DNA of 64,000 bases from Desulfatiglandales bacterium (lineage in GTDB: Bacteria > Desulfobacterota > DSM-4660 > Desulfatiglandales > HGW-15). Under the pieces are notes generated by a model that was not told the origin of the DNA, ran no database searches, and saw only the letters and a list, made by a program, of their open reading frames with translations. Shown here in pieces: positions 46,596-55,373 of the stretch. Position 1 is the first letter of the stretch. Each line of letters begins with the position of its first letter. The stretch lies in contig CAXXJJ010000004.1 of NCBI GenBank assembly GCA_963667015.2, forward strand, positions 32,001 to 96,000. Direction: 5' to 3'. The position numbers and the translations under genes are program-made.

Positions 46596-49355
46596 TTATA
46601 TCCCTCCCTTCGGCAGTTCATCCCAGTAGAGGATATCCCCTTCCAGTTCAGTCTTGTCCGAGTTAATCTTTCTGCTCTTTGTCAGATACCAGGTTATATC
46701 CACCATGGTTTCAGGTTTATTCGAGTCTTCCGGGATATCCAGCACCATGGACGGAGCTGGTCCGTTGTTGCGGATAGTAACCTGCTGTGAGATATATTTA
46801 TCCCCCAGGCTGCAGGAGAAATTGACTACTCCATGTCTGACCTCTGCATCAGTTAATGTATTACCATCACCCTCAATAGAAACGGTTCTGTAGTGGTGTG
46901 GAGGGATCAGGGCCAGCATAGGGCTGTCCGTCTCAATCCATGGAGTTCTTATCTCGATGCCTCCATAAAAAGACCATATTGCCTGGTATTCATAATTAAG
47001 CCATGCGGTGCGATCGGAATCATCCTTCCATCCATAGACTATGGAAAAATTATTGCCTGATGAATTGAATGTCTCGGGGGTAACCACTATTTCTCCTGTG
47101 GTAACCTCTCCACCCTGGTGCTGTTTTTTCATTTTAACTGTTACGAAGTTAAGATATTTGGTGAAGGTAGAAGCATCCTGTCCATCAAGTGTAACCATTA
47201 TTTCCCTTTGTTTAAAAACCGGATCATCAATGGTTATAGCCCTGAATACTTTTGAATCCCTTCCATATTTTTTAAAGATGTCTCCTATATTCTCTGCCAT
47301 TGCAAAGGCCTGAGTTTCGGTACGATAACTGTTCATGTTGTAAACCATTTTACCTGAACGTTTGATCTTCTTCATTTTATAGGATGCTACAAGAGAAAAA
47401 CCCGGTGATCCGTCTGATCTGGCCTTTTGTGCCGTTGTTTTGGGTTTTGTACTGCCTGATGCAGTTGTTGTTCCGGTTTTTGGCTGAGTAGTTGTTGTTG
47501 GTAATGGAAGAGCGGGAAGATCTTTTAAATCAGGAAATTTAAGTTCTGTTCCGGAATCAGGCGTATTTGTGGTATCTTTTTTCGTGTTGTCTGCAAGTAT
47601 CTTATCAGTATCCTGTGTATTCTGATTTTCAAGATCTTTATTTATTGCATCCTCAACGCTTATTTTGCTGTCCGATATATCAGAGGATCCTTCTTTTGTT
47701 TTGAGCCTTTCCTTCAACATACGTATCCGGCCCTCAACCTCTTCAGCTCTACTTCCGGTAGGTTTGTGTTCGCTCTTATATTTTTCATAGGCTTCAATTG
47801 CCTTCCTGGTAGCCTCTGGCTGAAACCCTGCATTTCTTGCCTCATCGTAAAGGCGGCGGGCCTCATTATATGATTCACTTGCTGATTCTGCAGGATGCTG
47901 TTCATTTTGTGTATTTGACATATCAACGCTTCGACTGACGAGTATTTTTTCAATCTCCTTTACCCTGGCCTCTGCGTCTTTTCCATCTTTTGTATCCCTG
48001 CCATAAAGATCCGCAGCCTCACTGAATGGGGGGATAGCCTCTTCATATCGTTCCAGTTTCATCAATGCCATACCGGTATTAAAAAGAAAAACAGCCTTTT
48101 CTTTCGGTTCCGGATTATTCGTATTTGAATAGGTTTCAAGAGCTTTTTTGAATGCCGTAAGAGCCTCCAGATAATTTCTGTTGGAATAATGATCCAGGCC
48201 TTTTTGAAATGCCTCCCTTGCCTGCTCTACGTATGGATCACTGGAGGGATCCCCGACACCGTGAATGTTGGTTTGATCACGAATTTCTGATGAAGAAGTC
48301 TGGGCATAGACGCTGGGTACAATGAAGTTATAAAAGCGGGACATCAGCGATCTATTTAAAGGATCCCTGATATGATTATCCATATCCCTGTATAGGCTTG
48401 AGGTCTTTTTAGCGGTGCTGCTCTTTTGAGAAGATGCATCCTTGAGCATTTTTGCCGCCTGATTAAGGCTGTCATAGCTGGGTTCTGCTGCTGCCCGTGT
48501 CAGGTCGTCGGATGTTACCGGATCAAACATGACCTTGAGCAATTTTTCATTTGCACTTTCCAGTATCCTGTCCATAACATCATTTTCACCCTTGGTTGTA
48601 ATCTTTATGGCGCCGGTCTGACGCAGTTCCTGGAACATCATATCTACATCTGCTCCGAACCATTTGTATTTGAACCCGGCCTGGATACGGTCATGTTTGG
48701 CAATACTGCTCCAGTCGGCTTCCAGTGTGGCTTCATAGGGTTCGCGGATTCCGGCAAATTCCATATCAAAAACCAGTGATATATCCGGTGTATCCGTCTG
48801 AAAGCTTGCCCACAGGAGTTCGGCGCCCTCACGTGTCAATGCAATTGAAACCGCTGTTTTCTGGCCTTCCATCAAGGGGGCCTTGCCAACAGCAACTGTT
48901 TTTGTTGTTGTTTCACTTCCTTCCATAAAGGATGTGATCAACGCAAAATTACCCTTCCTGTAAACAATAGGACCGGCAATTTTTGCATCAGGATGCCTCT
49001 GCTGCAAATCCCTTTCTGCATTTTTAATACGGTTTTCAGATACCCCGTAGGTAACCAGGAAATGTACTATTCCACCTCCCTGGGCCTGACCCGTGCCGGC
49101 CTTTCCGGTGACTTCTGTTCTTGCATATTTTAAGAACGAAAACTGGGGTTTACCATCTTTAACAGCTATCTTTGGTTGATCAGGTAGATAATAGTAATTA
49201 TTAGAATCCTTCATTTCGGGGTAGCATATCAGGTCACCGCATTTTTCCATTTTATCCAGCATTACTTCCTGGGAGAAACCTGTGCTTCCTGAAAGTACCA
49301 TTAATACAGTCACAACAAAAAACAAAAGGGATTTTCTAAAAATCATATTTTTCAT
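46596..49355 (-). CDS. Exported hypothetical protein, paralogue family member with TPR insertion (~919 aa)
   Basis: AAGGAGG RBS before ATG 49355; signal peptide; NYYYLPDQP, GKAPLMEG, GAELLW, ITIDDPVFKQRE; central TPR and Thr/Pro-rich insert. Confidence 0.85.
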   Translation of the reverse strand: MKNMIFRKSLLFFVVTVLMVLSGSTGFSQEVMLDKMEKCGDLICYPEMKDSNNYYYLPDQPKIAVKDGKPQFSFLKYARTEVTGKAGTGQAQGGGIVHFLVTYGVSENRIKNAERDLQQRHPDAKIAGPIVYRKGNFALITSFMEGSETTTKTVAVGKAPLMEGQKTAVSIALTREGAELLWASFQTDTPDISLVFDMEFAGIREPYEATLEADWSSIAKHDRIQAGFKYKWFGADVDMMFQELRQTGAIKITTKGENDVMDRILESANEKLLKVMFDPVTSDDLTRAAAEPSYDSLNQAAKMLKDASSQKSSTAKKTSSLYRDMDNHIRDPLNRSLMSRFYNFIVPSVYAQTSSSEIRDQTNIHGVGDPSSDPYVEQAREAFQKGLDHYSNRNYLEALTAFKKALETYSNTNNPEPKEKAVFLFNTGMALMKLERYEEAIPPFSEAADLYGRDTKDGKDAEARVKEIEKILVSRSVDMSNTQNEQHPAESASESYNEARRLYDEARNAGFQPEATRKAIEAYEKYKSEHKPTGSRAEEVEGRIRMLKERLKTKEGSSDISDSKISVEDAINKDLENQNTQDTDKILADNTKKDTTNTPDSGTELKFPDLKDLPALPLPTTTTQPKTGTTTASGSTKPKTTAQKARSDGSPGFSLVASYKMKKIKRSGKMVYNMNSYRTETQAFAMAENIGDIFKKYGRDSKVFRAITIDDPVFKQREIMVTLDGQDASTFTKYLNFVTVKMKKQHQGGEVTTGEIVVTPETFNSSGNNFSIVYGWKDDSDRTAWLNYEYQAIWSFYGGIEIRTPWIETDSPMLALIPPHHYRTVSIEGDGNTLTDAEVRHGVVNFSCSLGDKYISQQVTIRNNGPAPSMVLDIPEDSNKPETMVDITWYLTKSRKINSDKTELEGDILYWDELPKGGI

Positions 49356-49372
49356 AGGCCTCCTTAATAGAA

Positions 49373-50395
49373 TCATGGGTTGAAAGATTCATCCTCTGAC
49401 TCATCTTTTATGTCATCAGTATTTTTATAGGCAGTAATATCCAGAAGCGCCTCTCCGCTTTTTTCCATCCATGGTGAGGTCTTTTGACTGCCGTCATTAA
49501 ATATGCGTGTTATTCTGTATCGGTAGGGCTGATCCAGGTCCTTTGCCAGCTTGAATTCTATTCGATTCCTGTAATCACCGCCTTCTTTAAAGGTAATGGT
49601 CTCTACAAGGTCTCTGCCGGTTGTGGGTATTGCCACCTCAACGATCTTGGCATAAAGGTTTTCTTCAAGGTTTTCGATAAAATCAAAACAGAATACATCA
49701 AGGCCTGTGTATCCAACCTTCATCCTGCCCCCGAGATCCATTTTATTGAAATGATCCGGATGTGCCTTCATATCCATTTCAACAGGAACTGTCCATGTAA
49801 GGGAGGTTGTGGAGTCCTGCCATTCATCATCTGTTTTATTAACACCCGTAAGGATTTCTTCAAAGGCGACACTTACAAGTGTCTGTCCCTTTTCCACGGC
49901 ATCCCATAAAATCTCAGCTGTATCTTTGTCCAGAGGAACAACCATACTGCCTGTTTTCCATCTAATACCGGCCTCCCTGACCTGTTCCTGATCCGCAAAA
50001 ATCAATGTAACTTTACTGGCAGATACAGGCATTGATTTAAGCCTGGGAGAATTTATCCCCTTTGTACGCAACGCCTTACGGATTTTACCTGATAATCCGG
50101 AATCACTTAAACGGTCAAAACCAAAGGTAAGAACTCCCTTTACCCAGAAGCTTCCTGAATCGCCTGTGCCTTTACGACCCAGGTAGCGATAGAGCGACAG
50201 CCCGTAGTCAGGGGATTTATCCTCTCTGGTATTAAGGAGAGGTCTGGCAGGGGACAGGTACCATACTGAATGGTTTTCATTGTCCCGATAAATTCTCACT
50301 CCTTCGATGTCATCATAAACACTGAGATCCGGAGCAGCCAGACAGTCAGGACAGGAGATGAATAACAGCAGTATCAACAGTGAATATTTTTTCAT
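49373..50395 (-). CDS. Exported hypothetical protein, short divergent paralogue (340 aa)
   Basis: Signal peptide; GVRIYRD...VWYLSPARP...PDYGLSLYRY, TAEILWD; C-terminal YRYRITRI. Confidence 0.8.
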   Translation of the reverse strand: MKKYSLLILLLFISCPDCLAAPDLSVYDDIEGVRIYRDNENHSVWYLSPARPLLNTREDKSPDYGLSLYRYLGRKGTGDSGSFWVKGVLTFGFDRLSDSGLSGKIRKALRTKGINSPRLKSMPVSASKVTLIFADQEQVREAGIRWKTGSMVVPLDKDTAEILWDAVEKGQTLVSVAFEEILTGVNKTDDEWQDSTTSLTWTVPVEMDMKAHPDHFNKMDLGGRMKVGYTGLDVFCFDFIENLEENLYAKIVEVAIPTTGRDLVETITFKEGGDYRNRIEFKLAKDLDQPYRYRITRIFNDGSQKTSPWMEKSGEALLDITAYKNTDDIKDESEDESFNP

Positions 50396-50420
50396 TTTCC
50401 TACTCTTATATTAAAGTCTG

Positions 50421-51938
50421 TTAATCCGCGTTATCCAGCAACGCTTCCAACTGACTTGAACCGATAAACTGGGTCAATTTTCTTGAGTCTTCCCAGGCTT
50501 GAGACAATTTTGTTTCCCCGGTCTCCAGAACCGCTTCGAACCTGTATTTAAAAAGCAGGGGGTTTTCCCCTTTATCAGCGGGAACATATATCATTACATC
50601 TTCATTTTCATTTGCATCAGCCGTAAGTGATACTTCATCCTGCTGAACCGTTTTCCCGCCAACTGTAAGATAAGGGGACTGAATATGGACAATGAGTTTA
50701 TATAATCCGAATTCCTCAAATACTGCGGGAATTGCTTCAAGGAGGATCCGGCTTCCGGGGGCAAGCCCCACACCCTTTCTCACCTTGAGATCGATATTTT
50801 TTATGCAGTCCGTGCAGTTGCTGTCAAGTGATAATCCCATCCAGGTAACAGCAAGATTGTCACCCAGAAGATTCTTTACAGCAGGGAGTTTAAATGGCTT
50901 GGATGTCCCCGGCTCAATATCCACCGGCTTGAGATTTTTTGAGATACGCTCTAGCTTTCCTCCTGTTAACCTGTAGGCGTTTATCGCCTCAATATTAACT
51001 GGAAACTCGGTCAGGTTTTTAAGTGTATCAATTGTTTTACCTTCAGCCCAGTTGTCAAATCCTTCAAGCCTTGGACCGGTGAATTGTTCATAACTGATCC
51101 GTATGGGGATAGGGATATAGGTTTCTTTTACCTTTACGTTGAGATTCCCAACGAGGCCGTCACCGGCAATCTGGGCCAGTATCTCTTCTGTTTCATCCTG
51201 TGTCAGAGACAGGGTTAGCCTGAAGACCTGCTTTAAATGGGCAGGAGGGGTAAGATTAATACGTTCCGGAGGCAGAGACATACCGGTGGTGAGTGCATTC
51301 AGATCCGCTGTGGACCCCAGTCCGGGCATGGCCTTTATCTCCAGCGGATCTGCGGGTTTGAGATCAAAGGCCTGCTGCAGGATCGATTTTAGGAGACGAA
51401 GATCTCCTGATCTGTGAGGGGCCTGGAGTTCTGCTGTAACCATGACAGACGGTTTGCCGGGTTCAGTACGGGTATTGTACTGTATACTCAAACGATATCC
51501 GTCCGGATCACGCTTCAGGAGAAATTCTCTCGGGATATAGTAAAAGACGTGCGGCGCTGCCGTATCCTGCAGCAACAGATGGCTGTCCCATCCGCATACC
51601 TCACCCAGGTCTTCGAGCAGGGATGAATCGTCAATATAATCGCTCAAATCCAGGGTAGCAGACGGATCCGGTCCCTCCGGCTTCTTAAGCTGTGTGGAAG
51701 GTATAATAGGTTTTAAATTTTTAAGATTCACAAGCGGTGTTTTTTTAATCTGAACCGCTGTCATTGGTTTAAACTGCATAGTCCGGATGTTATTTTTAAC
51801 CACCGCGGTGTTGTTAGTGCCTCCTTTTAATATGGAAGAAGAGAGCGGTAAATTTCTTTTAATAGTGGCTTTTTCTTCTTCCGCCTGCATAGAAAAGGAA
51901 AAACACAATATAATAAAAAATGCTATGAATGTTCGCAT
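50421..51938 (-). CDS. Exported hypothetical protein, divergent paralogue (505 aa)
   Basis: Signal peptide (MQA|E); LLLQD...VFYYIPRE; C-terminal FKYRFEAV...AWE beta-rich module. Confidence 0.8.
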   Translation of the reverse strand: MRTFIAFFIILCFSFSMQAEEEKATIKRNLPLSSSILKGGTNNTAVVKNNIRTMQFKPMTAVQIKKTPLVNLKNLKPIIPSTQLKKPEGPDPSATLDLSDYIDDSSLLEDLGEVCGWDSHLLLQDTAAPHVFYYIPREFLLKRDPDGYRLSIQYNTRTEPGKPSVMVTAELQAPHRSGDLRLLKSILQQAFDLKPADPLEIKAMPGLGSTADLNALTTGMSLPPERINLTPPAHLKQVFRLTLSLTQDETEEILAQIAGDGLVGNLNVKVKETYIPIPIRISYEQFTGPRLEGFDNWAEGKTIDTLKNLTEFPVNIEAINAYRLTGGKLERISKNLKPVDIEPGTSKPFKLPAVKNLLGDNLAVTWMGLSLDSNCTDCIKNIDLKVRKGVGLAPGSRILLEAIPAVFEEFGLYKLIVHIQSPYLTVGGKTVQQDEVSLTADANENEDVMIYVPADKGENPLLFKYRFEAVLETGETKLSQAWEDSRKLTQFIGSSQLEALLDNAD

Positions 51939-51961
51939 ATGCCTTGCTCCTGAAGTGGATT

Positions 51962-53320
51962 CTATTTATTGGTTAGGTGAGGATTTACCCAGACAGCCCA
52001 GTCCTGGGTGCTTGAGCTGCCGGCTCGCACCTGAAGGACTATCTGGATCTCCTTTCCAGCCCAGGGTGATAGATCCGCCTCAAGATTTTCATAGGCGCTG
52101 CAGTTGATTCGCTTTCTCAGGATGCGCCTGATTTTATTATCATAAAAAACACCTACTGACATAATAACTCCGTCAGAATTTGTAGCACCCTTAAGCATTG
52201 CCCCTACAGCCTTAAATTTGGTGTTTTTCCCGGGAATCATTAATGGATACCGGCCTTCAATAGAGCCGCCATTCACCCACTGGGGATGTGTTTCCAGCAG
52301 GTTTACTGCCTTATTGTTAGGGCAGATTGTGCCGTTAGCCATTGTCAGAACAAATCCCTGCCTGTCTCCTGCTGAGCCTGGAAACTTAAGTGTTCCGGCA
52401 CCGCTTTTCCATTTTGCTGCATTGGCATTTTTATAAAAATTATAGGCCGCATCAGGGCCTGTAAGATCAACAGGTTTTGTTCTGGGATGAACTGCTATTG
52501 GTCTTGCCGGTAGTTCAGTTTTCTGAGTGGATGTAGAAGTTGAAACAGCCGGTTTGACAGCAGTTACCGGACTGGGTTTTAAAACCATTCCTTTTTGAAG
52601 TGTTACCGAAGGTTTGACTGTTGTGATTCCGGGTTTGACAGTCGGGGTTGTCTCTGCTGTTTCCCCTTCAGCCAGTTCAATCGCATCCTCTGTATCAGCA
52701 GTCTCTTCGGCTGATTCTTCAGGCGATTCAATTTCACTGCTGCTAGACCATGTCTTAGTAAAGTCATAAACAAGCTCACCGAAAGGACGTTCAGGATTGG
52801 TTTCCCTTACCAGGGATAAACGGATCTGGTCTGATGTGACCTGTTCATCTGATGATACCCCCCAATCCGAATCAACCTGTTCCCCCTGCCAGCCAATCGT
52901 AAGAACAACAGACCCTGACTTGCCCTTAAGTGGCGATAACGTGCTTTTAAAACCTTCAAGAGATTCGCCCCATTGCAATACTTCTCCCTGGACATAAACT
53001 CCGTCTCTGCGTTTTACGCCTTCATATTTTACCTCAAGGACAACCGCATTGCCTCTTCTTTCAAGAAATTTCACTTCGCCTATGTGACCTTTGTATGTGC
53101 CTATAAAATCGTCAATCCCTTCTTTTAAAGAGTCCTGGGCAGCACTGCCAAGTGCCTTGAAAAGGGTATCCATCACTCCGCCACTCTTGGTCTCGTTTTC
53201 TTCCCCTGTTGAGGTATCGTCCTCGGGAAGGGCTTCTTCTACCTGAGCGGAGGCAGATGAAATAAAAATGAATAAAAGAAAAAACAGTAATAATGTCAGG
53301 CTTAATTTAGGTCTAATCAC
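51962..53320 (-). CDS. Exported modular protein: N-domain, acidic and Pro/Thr linker, Trp-rich C-terminal beta-sandwich
   Basis: GTG start with AGGAG RBS; signal peptide (ASA|Q); TPTVKPGITTVKPSVT linker; LETHPQW...DLSPWAG...DWAVWVNP. Confidence 0.8.
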   Translation of the reverse strand: MIRPKLSLTLLLFFLLFIFISSASAQVEEALPEDDTSTGEENETKSGGVMDTLFKALGSAAQDSLKEGIDDFIGTYKGHIGEVKFLERRGNAVVLEVKYEGVKRRDGVYVQGEVLQWGESLEGFKSTLSPLKGKSGSVVLTIGWQGEQVDSDWGVSSDEQVTSDQIRLSLVRETNPERPFGELVYDFTKTWSSSSEIESPEESAEETADTEDAIELAEGETAETTPTVKPGITTVKPSVTLQKGMVLKPSPVTAVKPAVSTSTSTQKTELPARPIAVHPRTKPVDLTGPDAAYNFYKNANAAKWKSGAGTLKFPGSAGDRQGFVLTMANGTICPNNKAVNLLETHPQWVNGGSIEGRYPLMIPGKNTKFKAVGAMLKGATNSDGVIMSVGVFYDNKIRRILRKRINCSAYENLEADLSPWAGKEIQIVLQVRAGSSSTQDWAVWVNPHLTNK

Positions 53321-53602
53321 TTTTATATCTCCTTATTGATGAGTTAGCATAATATAATTGATTGATACTGAATATATTAAGTAAATAAGACACCCTTTTT
53401 ACAAAAAGTATCAAATAAAAATAACAAACATGAAAAACAATAGTCGAATGAGTTCCCGCTATTCAGGCAGCAGGTATAAAGACATTTCTCTTTGTAAAAC
53501 CAGATAAAATATCTTTTTGAATAGGTTATGCTTTTCTATAAGTTTTGATAAAATAACTATTAACAATTATCAACTATAAGAACATAAAACAGTTAAAATA
53601 GA

Positions 53603-53617
53603 GCAATATATATGCCA
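53603..53617 (-). promoter_or_regulatory. Sigma54 promoter upstream of the six-gene operon
   Basis: Minus strand TGGCATA-TATA-TTGC, exact -24/-12 spacing, in a long AT-rich intergenic region. Confidence 0.6.
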
Positions 53618-54125
53618 TATAACAGCTTAATTAAATAAAAATATGAATCAGGGTATGTCTGTAATTATAGGTAGCTATAAATTAAAAATTTGTCATAAAG
53701 ATAATTTGTAATAAATGTTGATAAATAATGTTAAATATTCTAAATATGACAATTTATATTAAGTTGTCTTAAAAACATCTGCTGCAGCCAGGGATGAAAA
53801 TTCAATTTAAGGTTGTTGCAGGAACATACATACAGGTTAATACCGTCATCTTTTTGCCTCTATTTTGTACTAAAAACTATACAATACATTAAATGTTGAA
53901 ACATTTTTATGCAGGTTATTATGTTTTCAATGTCTCATTAACTTGTTGATGTAATACATAAATCATGGTTTTCGGGGCGATGAGATATGCACAGGTTTCC
54001 ACCCGCAAGTTTTGAAGAGTGAGGGAGTGAGATCAGAATAAGTTTTTAATTACAAAATGATTTTGAAAAGATTTATAACCTGTATGGAGACAGGTGGCGT
54101 CATTTGATATATCGAAATAGAGATC

Positions 54126-54154
54126 GTACAGGGTCGATGTTACATACCCTGTAC
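54126..54154 (-). terminator. Hairpin downstream of the dodecin gene
   Basis: GTACAGGGT/ACCCTGTAC stem. Confidence 0.5.
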
Positions 54155-54172
54155 AAATCTCTTTTCCCATTA

Positions 54173-54382
54173 TTACTTCTGATACTTGAATGAAACATTT
54201 ACTCTTGCTCTGTAGGTTTTTACTTTCCCGTTCTCAATTTTGGCATCCAGCTTTGTGATTTCGGCTATTCTCAGGTCTTTAAGTGATTCGCCAGCCGCCT
54301 GAATAGCTATATTAGCTGCTTCTTCCCATGACTTATCGCTTGTTCCGACTAATTCGATTATCTTATAAGTACTTCCGGCCAT
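54173..54382 (-). CDS. Dodecin-family flavin-binding protein
   Basis: YKIIELVGTS..SWEEA...YRARVNVSFKY; AGGAGG RBS. Confidence 0.9.
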   Translation of the reverse strand: MAGSTYKIIELVGTSDKSWEEAANIAIQAAGESLKDLRIAEITKLDAKIENGKVKTYRARVNVSFKYQK

Positions 54383-54457
54383 AATAATCCTCCTTGGTTT
54401 AAGGGTTTTAATATGTATCCAGTAAAAACATATGCGACACCCTGGCTGTTTTCATTT

Positions 54458-54763
54458 TTAGTCTCTCTCTCGGGGCTCGATATAGACGGGCTGGCCCATT
54501 TCAGAGAATGAAAAGGTATGGAATACGTTGTAGCCGTTGTAATCAAGGACCCTGAGGTCATCATTCTGTTTCAGATCTCCCATAATAACATTGTACTGGT
54601 TTCCATATTTTTTCATAACCTGTTCCATTTTAAGTTCAGCTGCGATGAATTTTTTAATACCCTTGTCGGCAAGCTTCATGATAAGTTTTGGATCCTTAAA
54701 AGACTCATAACTTGTCAAAATAAGGATTGGCCCTGTTCCTGTAAAAATAATACCTGCTTTCAT
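54458..54763 (-). CDS. Hypothetical cytosolic protein
   Basis: 101 aa, AAGGAGG RBS, co-oriented with dodecin. Confidence 0.75.
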   Translation of the reverse strand: MKAGIIFTGTGPILILTSYESFKDPKLIMKLADKGIKKFIAAELKMEQVMKKYGNQYNVIMGDLKQNDDLRVLDYNGYNVFHTFSFSEMGQPVYIEPRERD

Positions 54764-55373
54764 AGCTTACCCTCCTTACTTAAAAATATTGTAAATAATT
54801 AAAATATTGAGATAGCCTGTCTACCTCAATTTTGGGATTTATTTATTAACGGGATTCTCCTGGCAGATAAACATCATCTGTCAGGAGCTGTGTATGCATA
54901 TTTTAAGATTCATTCCCACAGGTAACCCCATTTTGAAGTTAATTTTAGATAATTTCTTGTCAGGGTTTAATTTTAGATAATGAAAACCCGAAATACTTAA
55001 AAAGATACTGGCTTCTCATGATCAGTATTCTGTAGGAGCAATAGAGGAGAGGAAAATTGAATTAAATCAGTAATCAGTGTAGATTGTTAATCAGTTTATT
55101 GTAACAGCGTAATGATATAATTATAAAACAAATAAATTCTTAGTCAACATCAACCATGCAGGCAAACTGTCAGGTTTGCAGGGATGCATCTGTTTGAATC
55201 AGCTCCCAATTTGTGCAGATCCTAATGCAGATTTTAGAAAATCACATATTTTAAATAAAATATTTTATATTTAAAAAAAATGATAAATAGTTTATAAGCC
55301 GGAGTGCAGGTTCAAAAAGGATATCCTGAAAATAATGCAGGATAAATATTTTATAAAATTTCAGGGAAGATTT

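Noticed and set aside
42749..53320. Interpretation of the operon as prophage, contractile injection system or T6SS
   Set aside because: All products have Sec-type signal peptides and none shows sheath, tube, baseplate, VgrG/PAAR or ATPase motifs
55155..55230. GGCAAAC...GGGATGCA upstream of REC-lpxC resembling a c-di-GMP-I (GEMM) riboswitch
   Set aside because: No GNRA tetraloop on the first stem, no GCAAAG continuation and no convincing second stem; an Infernal scan would be needed
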